In this document: positions 56,601-64,000 of the stretch, piece by piece | Position numbering within the stretch: the first letter of the stretch is position 1 | Layout: every line of letters starts with the position of its first letter | NCBI RefSeq assembly: GCF_036321535.1 | Contig: NC_087462.1 | Coordinates: 3,782,001 to 3,846,000, forward strand | Reading direction: 5' to 3' | From: Camelus dromedarius | Taxonomy: Eukaryota | Length of the DNA stretch: 64,000 bases | Made by a program: the position numbers and the translations under genes | The notes under the pieces: model-generated | What the model was told of the DNA's origin: nothing | Databases searched by the model: none | The model's input: the letters and a program-made list of their open reading frames with translations, nothing else

Positions 56601-59600
56601 ACCGGCTTGAGTACTTGTACTAGACATCACGTGACCTGCAGAGCAGAAAATACCCTCTGGTCCTTTACAGAAGAAATTTGCTGACCTCTGGGCTGTGTGA
56701 TGGAATTTGGGGTGATTTTTTTAATTTTAATTTTTAATTTTTTAAAAATATTTTCATCCATTAGAAACAACCCTTGTTTCAATCTTTGTTCTGTCTTGTT
56801 TGGTTCTTCCCAGATGAAAACGAACTGGCAGTTTTAACTCAGGAGAGTTACTTGTACTACGGCAGCCTGGGAATCCTGCCAAGTTCTCTCATCAAAGTAG
56901 GTCCTGGGTAACAGTGCCAGTGCTACGCGCTTGGTGACGGATGACAGTCTTGCTCTCAAACGTCTGATCCTTTTTCTGAAGAAACTGCTCTTATCGTTAA
57001 AATAGTAATAGTATTTTCAATAGCAATAGCAATAATTTAACACTGCTTTTAATTCATTTAACATTATTAACATTAATCTAATATTTAATAATGTAAATAG
57101 TAATTTTAGGAGTTATTAAAATACCAATCATGGGGGTGGTATAGCTCAATGGTAGAGTGAGTGCTTAGCATGCATGAGTTCCTGGGTTCAATCCCCAGGA
57201 CCTCCATTAAAATAAATAAACAAACTGATGAAGAAATGAATAACCTAATTACCTCCTCCCCCTCTAAGTTTTAAAAATATTTTTAACATAAATAAATTAA
57301 ATTAAATAACGGCAGCTAACACTTAGCACTTAGAATAAGGTCTAAGCACCTTCCAACCACTGTTACCTCATTTAACCCCTACCATCGTCATAAGAAGTAG
57401 AAGAAAACATTTACATCCTAAAAAAAAAATGAGAATGGGCTGATCTCAGAAGTCATTTTTCTTAGTTTGCAGGCCAAAACATCCGGTCGGAAGAGGCGGT
57501 CCTGGTGTTCACCGACGTGGGCATGCTGGAAATACTGAGCCCGCTACCTGACCCGCTCTTCCCAGCTTTTGATTTCCAGAAGTGCCCCGTGAACATCCAG
57601 GCGACTCTCATGGACCCCCAGCTCCAAGTTGACGTCTGCAAGGTATGTGCTAGCAACTCAACAGCTCCAGTTCCAGAAAAACGCTAGACTGTCTGTTTCC
57701 AAAGTGCCTTTGGATCCACGGCGATCGGGGAAACGAGAGAAAAAAGCACAGCAGTTGTGCCACATGCCACGTAGTATATCGAAAGAGCACATTTTGTTCA
57801 AAATATCCGTTTATGAGATCATGTGCTAATAGATGGCATTAGGGTTGTTTTTTTTTTTCTTATTTTCTTTACTTGCCAAATAATATGTCAATCCCCAGCC
57901 TTGGGGACTTCCCTGCGGGTCTTTGAAATCATATGTCTGGCATGTCTGGGGATTGCTGGTCTTATGCAAAGTACAGAAAAAAGAAAGGAAGAGACAGTCT
58001 GGAGGTGGGAGGGGGGAGCAATCAATAGTAAGCCTTTACGTAAATATTTGGCCAGTAAACTGCTCTGAGAAAGATGACATTAGCAAGGAGTATTTCCCCA
58101 CCTAAAAAAGACCAAGCAGCTATACAGCCTAGTAAGGACCTGTGGATGAAAGCTGGAATACGCTGAGCCACAAAAATATCGCATTACTGGGTAATAAGCT
58201 AAAGTATAACATAAACATATACAAGCCCAGAGCGGGCGGGTGGAGCTCAGCGGTGAAGCACGTGCTTAGCATGCACGAGGTCCTGGGCTCCATCCCCAGT
58301 GCCTACGTTTTAAAAAATGAATAAATAAATAAACCTAATTATCCTCCCCCAAAAAACAACAAAAAACCTTTTTAAAATGTAAAAAAAAATACACAAGTCC
58401 ATACCAATGTAAATAAATGACTGAATAATTAAATAAAGGGAGGGGAGACATACCCCTTTTACAGGAGAGTTCCAAATAGTGTAACTACATACTCTCCCCT
58501 CCAGGAGGTGGAGTTGAGTCCCTCTGGCCTTAGTGATGGGCTTTGTTTGTTTGTTTGTTTGTGTTTTGTTTTGTTTGGGGGGGAGGTAATTAGGTTTATT
58601 TATTTATTTATTTTTAGTAGAGGTACTGGGGATGCAACCCAGAACCTCATGCATGCCAAGCACATCCTCTACCACTAAGCTACACCCTCCCTGCCCCCAT
58701 GATTTGCTTTTAAAGAACAGAGTCTGCACAGAGGGGAGGGAATAGCCACTTGGCAGTGGTGGAACCTGGCAGATGCCACCTTTACCAGGAGACCAAGATT
58801 CCCAGGACAGTCATGAGTCCTGCTGTCAGGACAGCACATTATGGTTAACCCTGTCATTCCTGGTCAATCCCAGACCTGGAATCAGAAGCAACTTATTGGT
58901 TACCTCTCTAGGATGCCAGGCAACCAACCCACTGTTTTGCAAGTGGGGTAAATAAAAGACAAGTCACAAACACTTATCCTCCTCTCCCTTCACTCTGTTC
59001 CACTGGGCCAGCAAATAGCACAGGGGAAGGGTCTCCTTATGAAATCATTCTGGTGAATATGTGAAACCAAAATGATAGGACATTGCCCGGTGGCCACCCC
59101 ACCGTCAAAAAAGAGAGACAGCCGACCATTCCTGGCCACTGATGGAAGATCAGTCACCCTTTGGGTCTTGCCAACAAGATCCAGCCCTACACTGATGGAT
59201 CCAGCAGCCAGTCTGCCAAGAATGCAGAGCGCAGGGGAACATGTGTCCAACCAGGCCGGGTGAATCTACATGTGGGAAATCTACACGTCTGACAGCCCAG
59301 GTTCTTCAAAGATGCATAGAATCGAAAAGGAAAGGGGTGGCGGGGGAAGCTGTGGATCAAGAGAGACTTAAAAAGACAAGATGCTTGCAAAGGGGCAAGA
59401 CTAAGTTATATCCTCTAGGGATGCACGCTTGGCAATCACTCTATGAAGAAACACAGGAAGCAATTACTGTAGAAGTTAGGCGGGGCAGGGTTACTTCCGG
59501 CTCTGACTGGGGGGACCTTGAGGGTCTGCTGAGAGTGCAGAACAGTGGCTCAAGAGACAGCTGCCTGACTGGAAGGTTCTATCCCCAGGGGACCACTCAC

Positions 59601-62600
59601 TACCTCCCAAATGCCACTGACCACTTGCCCTGTGTTTTGGGGAACAGAGGCTTGATTTGATTTGATTGATTTTTTGGTTTTTTTTTTTTTTTTTTGCATT
59701 TCTAACTAGATGGAACTTCTGCAGGGAGAATTTGATAACAAAATGTACACCATTGATATGAACAGCAAGTTGGAGTTGAGAGCCTTGATGATACCCCGGA
59801 CAGGGACATCCCCAGTCTCACTAGTAAGGCGGTCTTATCTGTTTGATATTCTGTATGGGGCCTCCCTGGCACCTTTGGCCTCACGCCCGGTGCCCACAAT
59901 TTCCAGGCTCTGGAAATTCCCTGGCTTCATCCTGGGACTCACTCACAATGCCCCCTAGAAACTCTCTCTTCCTCCTTAACAAGTGTCCCCAGATCCAGGC
60001 TTGACGGAGGCCCTGGCTGTCCACCTGCCGGCCCAGCCTCCTTTCCCCCTGCCTCTGTGCCTTTCTCCACCCTTCCTCTGAGCTGCCCAGGAACCTTTCC
60101 ATAAACGCCTTTTCCTCTTGGCTCAGCCAGAGCCGGCTTCCCCCCTGCAGGGGATGCCTCGGAAACAGGGGGTGTTCCTAGACCTGAAACCCAGGTGTCC
60201 AAGCCCAGGCTCTTGGGTGCATAATCAAGCTGAAAAGGGGAGTGAAGGTGGGCAGGCCAGTATCAGCATGCAAAGACATGTCCAGCCAGCCGGGACCAGG
60301 GCCTGAGCAGGGGCACCAGGCTGGTTGTGGCTCCTGTGTCTCATCCGGCTTCCCCCCGCAGGACAGACGTCCGGGCCACTCCACACCGCAGGGACAGGTC
60401 TGGGTCCGGCGGTGATGCAGCCCCAGGCTGCCCGTGGAGCAGGGCTCAGAGCCACAGTCAGGGGTGTGGGTGAGATAGGGATGGATCTGGGGACAGAACC
60501 GGTGGCCGCGTTTGCAGAGCAAGCTCGGTTTTCAGTCTGAAGGGACCACCTGTGGGGGTGACCCCAGTGGGTGCCCCCTCGCCCCTGTGGGCGCTGTACT
60601 GAGCACATGTCTCCCATCCCGCCCCCAGGTGATGGCGAGCAACCCGCACTCCCTGGGGCTACAGGCCCTCATCTACGAGGACGGCTACACCCTCAACGGG
60701 AACACCAAGCACAGACTGGTGAGCCGCGCCCCCGCCCCGAACCTGGATCCCCGGGATGAAGGGTCCTGCCAGGTCCGGTGCCTTACTGTGTCCCTTCTGA
60801 CACGCACCTGGAGAAGGTGCTGCAGAGTCTGGAGGGGACACGGCCCCTGCCCCTCCCCTCCCCAGGCAGGCAGCAGCCACCCAGACAGGTGACAGCATCA
60901 GGGTGTCACACAGGAGAGCCGCAGAGGACGTGACAGTGCCAGCCCCAGGGAGGGTGTGAGATCTGTGTTCACTGGGGAACCCAAGGCCTCAGGGTCACCC
61001 CAGGGAGCTGGGACTTGACCCCAAACCACACACTCACTGGTCCAGTCCTTGTCACACCACAGCTAAATAAGAGGTGGACCTGAGTCACACCCCGCTGTGG
61101 GGCCCCAGGACAAAGGCAGCTTTGTGGGGGTGTCACTCCCAGGAGCTTCCAGAAGCATTTCACAGGTGAGAATTGGAACCAGAGGAGGGCTGGATGACTC
61201 CCGGGTGGCTCCAAGCAACACCCCATCCTCCCCCATCTCTCCTGAACCCCGATTGCGGAGCAGCCCTGGGCTGTCCTATTGCAGTCCTGTTTTCCCTCTC
61301 GGTTCCACAGAACATTTCCCTGAGGCAGCAGCACCACGGGGGCAGGGCCGATCCCAACTTCACCTCCAGGTAAGTCATCACCTGGACCACGGCAGGTGGC
61401 CCCAGGGTGTCTGTGGGGTTCGCTTAGCAGGAGTTGGGGGAAGCAGGGCCGAGATCCAGATGCCCCCACTCCAAGGACAGGAAGGCAAGAATGATTGACT
61501 ACAAGCTCTTTGCAAGAGGCGGTTCCTCAAACAATGAAACATAGAATTTCCATACAATCCAGCAATCCCACTTCTGGGTTGACACCCAAAAGAAATGAGC
61601 AGGGACTCAGAAAAATATCTTTGCCCCCATGTTCACTGCAGTGTGGTTCACAATAGCCAAAACAAGGAAGCAACCCCAGTGTCCATTGACACAGGAATGG
61701 ATAAACTAGATCCATCCATACAATGGTCAAAGGAATGTGGCTCAAAGGAAAGTGGGGGAGGGTATAGCTCAGTGGTAGAGCAGTGCTTAGCATACACAAC
61801 GTCCTGGGTTCAATCCCAGTACCTCCTTAAAAAAAATTTAAACAAACAAATAAGTAAGTAAATCTAGTTACAACCCCCACTCCCAAAAAAGGAAAGAAAT
61901 TCAGACACATTCCACAAAATGGATGAACCTTGCTGACATGATGCTCAGTGAAAAAAGCCAGTCACAAAAGGACAAGATGCTGTATGATTCCTCTTGTACG
62001 AGGTTCCTACAGTATACATTTCAACAAGTATGATTTTAATTCCATTTTATAGAACTTGGTAACACTATATTGTATAACTGAAATTTGCAGAGTAGAACTT
62101 AAATGTTCTCACCAAATAATAGTAATAAAGATATACATGTGAGGTGATGAACGGGGAATTAACTTGATGGGGGAATCTTTTCACGATGTAAACATACATC
62201 AAATCATCACGTTGCACATTTTAAATATCTTACAGTTTTATTTGTCAGTTACACCTCAATAAAGCTAGAAAATATAAATGAAATAACTCTGTATGTTAGT
62301 AATATAGCATATATGTTCCTCTCTCATGCTTATGGGGAACTTATTTTAAAAATCACTCAATTATTCATGTAGCTGGCGATTAAAAAAAGTCATTTTCCCC
62401 AGCAGAGATTTTTCAGACCACATTCTCAGATCTTAACCTAATAAAACTAGAACTCAACAACCAAAAAAGCAACAAAAGTCTCGTTTACTATAGATAAATA
62501 ACACTTCTGAATCAAAGAATTTAGCTCAGATATACTCAGAGGAAAATTTATAGCCTAAGCACTTTTATTATCAGGGGGAAAAAATGAACCTAATGATAAA

Positions 62601-63812
62601 TGAACTAAGTATTTAACTCAAGGAAATAGTCAGGCAACAAAAAGAAATTATGAGAGGGGAATTAATAATGATACAACCTGAAATGTATTAAATAGAGACA
62701 AAAAGACAGTATAGAGTCAAAATGAAAGAGAAAGCTGGTTCTTCAGAAGACTGGTATAATAGCGAAACACCCTACAATCCTGATGAAGAAGAAAAGAGAA
62801 TTAAAATGAACAGCAGGAACGAAAAATGAAAGTAAAAGTACAGACACAGAAGCTATTAAGTAGTGACGAGAAAACAGTACATTGCAGCTGGGTGATAATA
62901 AAACTGGGGTCAGATGTTCTTTTCAATAAGTTACTACATATAAATAAACAAGACCAACCCAAGAAGAGGTAGAAACTAGAGAGAGGATCAGGACACAATG
63001 TGTGAGCAGAGGTTCTTGCTCAGTATTCTGGACTGAATGGATGAATAGATGAGGGAATGAATGGATAAACGGATAGGTGAGTGGGTGGATGGATGGATGA
63101 GTGGATGGGTGGGTAGGTGGATGGGTCTGTGGATGGGTGAATGGGTGGATAGTTGGATGGACAGATGGGTGGATGGATGGATGGGTGGATGGATGGACAG
63201 ATGGGTGGATGGATGGATGGGTGGATCAGCAATGCTTTTTACTACAATAACTCACACTCCCATGGCCTTGCAGCATAAAGAGACCCACAATGTCTACCGT
63301 CACTCTGGACATAGCCAACAAAGAAATTTCATGTGTGGACCTTAAGCCACTGGTATGTCCAAAACTTTTGCTGTCCCATACTGTCATTAGCGTTAAGGGC
63401 CATGGCAGCAGGCCTCGGCTGCGTTTCGGAGGGGCTGGCTGAGCTCACTCTCAGGTTCTAGAAATGGACGTGATCCTGTCCCGGTTGCCAGGGTCACTGC
63501 CTCTTCCCCATTATCGTCCCCCAGGGCTGCCCCTCATGACTCACCATCCTCAGAGCAGGTGTATCAGTTGGGGTGTAGCAGATGGGGGGATCTTAGCTGC
63601 ACCCCATAGCTCAGGGAGGCTCTTAGGACTTGCTTCCTTGGGGCCAGACACACTTACTGTGAGTCCCAGGTGCCTGGTCCCCACATGGCTTTTCACCGTG
63701 GCTGGGCTATCAGCACCCTCACTGCCCTGGGTCCTCATCCCTGTCTCTCCCCCATGCAGACAGCACTGATTTCAGTTGGTTGTGACCTGGAGAAGAAGAT
63801 CATCATTCAGAA
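32695..63812 (+). CDS. CATSPERD: Cation channel sperm-associated auxiliary subunit delta (TMEM146), exons 1-17, 3'-partial
   Basis: Exons 32695-32768, 34529-34583, 35473-35549, 40761-40833, 41552-(41657, then gap), 43805-43872, 44992-45105, 47743-47826, 50186-50336, 51220-51315, 56814-56896, 57466-57642, 59710-59823, 60629-60718, 61311-61369, 63274-63352, 63760-63812. Signal peptide [21 protein letters not shown]. Peptides [67 protein letters not shown] and [12 protein letters not shown] match recalled CATSPERD. No in-frame stops in the visible exons. Confidence 0.95.
33186..33383 (-). mobile_element. MER20 (hAT-Charlie MITE)
   Basis: tccctggcctccacccactagatgccagtag..aaccactg is the reverse complement of the MER20 core. 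Confidence 0.75.
34088..34257. mobile_element. MER5A-like MITE
   Basis: ctggttctcaaagcatgg..cagcatcactcgggaatttgttaga..ctactgaatcaga..gactgagaacc. Confidence 0.65.
36787..37049. other. Assembly gap (263 N)
   Basis: Run of n. Confidence 1.
37099..37227. other. Assembly gap (129 N)
   Basis: Run of n; the flanks look like an old L1 3' end. Confidence 1.
37340..37700. mobile_element. MER58B-like MITE
   Basis: aataaagtttcattggcac..aaaatatttcctatctggcc..acagaaaaagtttgctg. Confidence 0.5.
38803..39010 (+). mobile_element. MER20
   Basis: cagtagttctcaactgggg..gctactgccatctagtggaggccagggatgctgc..gagaagccctg. Confidence 0.8.
40579..40635 (+). repeat. (GATA)n/(GACA)n compound microsatellite
   Basis: Seen directly, ~125 nt upstream of CATSPERD exon 4. 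Confidence 0.9.
41658..41810. other. Assembly gap (153 N) truncating CATSPERD exon 5
   Basis: The coding frame (..YDYEANSWN) runs into the Ns and no donor site is visible. Confidence 1.
42328..42530 (-). mobile_element. MER20
   Basis: ggcctccacccactcaatgccag..acaaccacagatgtccccagacat..aaaaaccactg. Confidence 0.7.
42540..43450 (-). mobile_element. Old L1 (L1M) 3' fragments
   Basis: gtggaattgctgggtca, ggaattcctggatcatgtgg and ttttgcgctgcatttccctgatgattagtgatattgagc are typical antisense L1 3' motifs. Confidence 0.7.
43509..43741 (+). mobile_element. MER20
   Basis: cagtggttctcaatc..gcaatgtctggagacatttttt..gagaagccctg; ends ~60 nt before CATSPERD exon 6. Confidence 0.75.
45425..45823 (+). mobile_element. 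MLT1 (MaLR) solo LTR
   Basis: agggtctttgcagat..gatgaggtcatcc..ttttaagccactg..tttgttatagcagccctaggaaaccaataca. Confidence 0.75.
46547..47225. mobile_element. Nested MLT1A-like LTRs: (+) copy 46861-47192 inside a (-) copy
   Basis: The (-) LTR is interrupted after ccacctccaaatagcatcacactg and resumes with ggggttagggtttcag. The insert reads tgtccccccaaaatgcatatgttgaaatcc..cagcccgaacggactaagac. Confidence 0.65.
47585..47641 (+). repeat. (AAT)19 microsatellite
   Basis: Perfect trinucleotide run, ~100 nt upstream of the exon 8 acceptor. Confidence 0.95.
47930..48270 (+). repeat. Degenerate (CATC/CACC)n simple repeat
   Basis: Seen directly. Confidence 0.85.
49824..49837 (+). promoter_or_regulatory. 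CTCF motif
   Basis: CCAGCAGGGGGCAG fits CCASYAGRKGGCRS; located in CATSPERD intron 8. Confidence 0.55.
50950..51063 (+). mobile_element. Vic-1-type SINE
   Basis: gggaggtggtatagctcagtggtagagcacatgcttagcat..cctgggttcaatccccagtacctcc plus A-tail. Confidence 0.9.
51496..51884 (-). mobile_element. MLT1 solo LTR
   Basis: tctggaggccaaaagtccaagatcaaggtgttggcaggg..ggggacacagttcagcccatgaca. Confidence 0.7.
52150..52240 (+). mobile_element. Vic-1-type SINE with TSD
   Basis: tRNA-Ala-like head plus poly(A). TSD aatgaaaga at 52138-52146 and 52241-52249. Confidence 0.9.
52362..53066 (+). mobile_element. L1 3' end (cetartiodactyl L1_Art-like), with an internal 199-N gap at 52495-52693
   Basis: ttggtgcagccactatggaagacagtatggag..gatccagcaatcccactcctgggcatatatcc..acaaggtcctactgtagagcacagggagctatattcagtatc..caactatagttcaattaaaa. 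Confidence 0.85.
53300..55720. mobile_element. Mosaic of old L1 fragments with an MLT1A LTR (+, ~54201-54559) and a short L1_Art-like tail (~54740-54870)
   Basis: L1 3' motifs on both strands; tgctatgggctcaatgtctgtgtcccc..tgttacagcagcccagacggaccaggaca. Confidence 0.65.
55880..56072 (+). mobile_element. MER20
   Basis: gtggctctcaacttgggg..tttctggagacat..ggacagccccctcacaaagag..ctgagaaatcc. Confidence 0.65.
56481..56690. mobile_element. MER58A MITE
   Basis: Terminal inverted repeats gaggggtcagcaaa..tttgctgacctctg, with internal gtttttgtaaataaagttttattgg. Confidence 0.75.
57132..57262 (+). mobile_element. Vic-1-type SINE
   Basis: gggggtggtatagctcaatggtagag..cttagcatgc..ggttcaatcccc..aataaa..cctaattacctcc. 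Confidence 0.9.
58230..58360 (+). mobile_element. Vic-1-type SINE
   Basis: agctcagcggtgaagcacgtgcttagcatgcacgaggtcctggg..aataaataaacctaattatcctcccc. Confidence 0.88.
58542..58691 (-). mobile_element. Vic-1-type SINE (antisense) with (CAAA)n tail
   Basis: gggaggtaattaggtttatttatt..gaggtactgggg..ctctaccactaagctacaccctccc. Confidence 0.88.
61530..63000 (+). mobile_element. Old L1 fragments (3' end and degraded ORF2 piece)
   Basis: ccagcaatcccacttctggg..gttcacaatagccaaaa..atggatgaaccttg..aagccagtcacaaaaggaca; A-rich ORF2-like remnant at 62400-62900. Confidence 0.7.
61754..61887 (+). mobile_element. Vic-1-type SINE inserted into an older L1
   Basis: tRNA-Ala-like head. TSD aaaggaaag at 61744-61752 and 61888-61896; the L1 sequence resumes after the SINE. 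Confidence 0.9.
63030..63225 (+). repeat. (GGAT/GGGT)n simple repeat
   Basis: Seen directly, ending ~50 nt before the exon 16 acceptor. Confidence 0.9.
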
Positions 63813-64000
63813 GTGAGTGTGTTGATGTGGTGGGGAGAGGGAGGAGTGGCGATGGGACGAGACCGTCACCATCGCTTCACAGTTGGTAAAATTGGGTGCT
63901 GCTACCCTGTCAACCTCTGTATATGTTTACCTTTTACATAACAAATGGCTTAATCATTAATCCTAACACGTTAAGTGTGGAGTTTCCAGGCAGTGGCCAC

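Noticed and set aside
57466-57472. Alternative acceptor TTAG|TTTGCAG| at CATSPERD exon 12
   Set aside because: It would shift the frame by 7 nt and there is no evidence of use; the upstream AG gives the conserved FA.. start.

Overview
Mammalian genomic DNA, most likely a camelid, judged from seven tRNA-Ala-derived Vic-1-type SINEs. The window is syntenic with human 19p13.3. I reconstructed five spliced protein-coding genes exon by exon with GT-AG boundaries. MICOS13 (-) has 4 exons and 118 aa. HSD11B1L (+) has 7 coding exons and 287 aa. RPL36 (+) has 3 coding exons and 105 aa. LONP1 (-) has 18 exons and 959 aa. CATSPERD (+) is present as exons 1-17; exon 5 is cut by an N-gap and the gene continues beyond the window. 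There are two head-to-head CpG-island promoters (MICOS13/HSD11B1L and LONP1/CATSPERD). The CATSPERD introns are rich in repeats (L1, MLT1, MER20, MER5, MER58, SINEs, microsatellites), and there are four assembly gaps. The most unexpected signal is in the apparently intergenic first 2.7 kb. There, about 8-10 short minus-strand segments, many bounded by AG..GT, translate into decayed Gly-X-Y repeats, consistent with an unannotated multi-exon collagen unitary pseudogene just downstream of MICOS13. All calls were made by eye; repeat-family names come from recalled consensus sequences and their boundaries are approximate.
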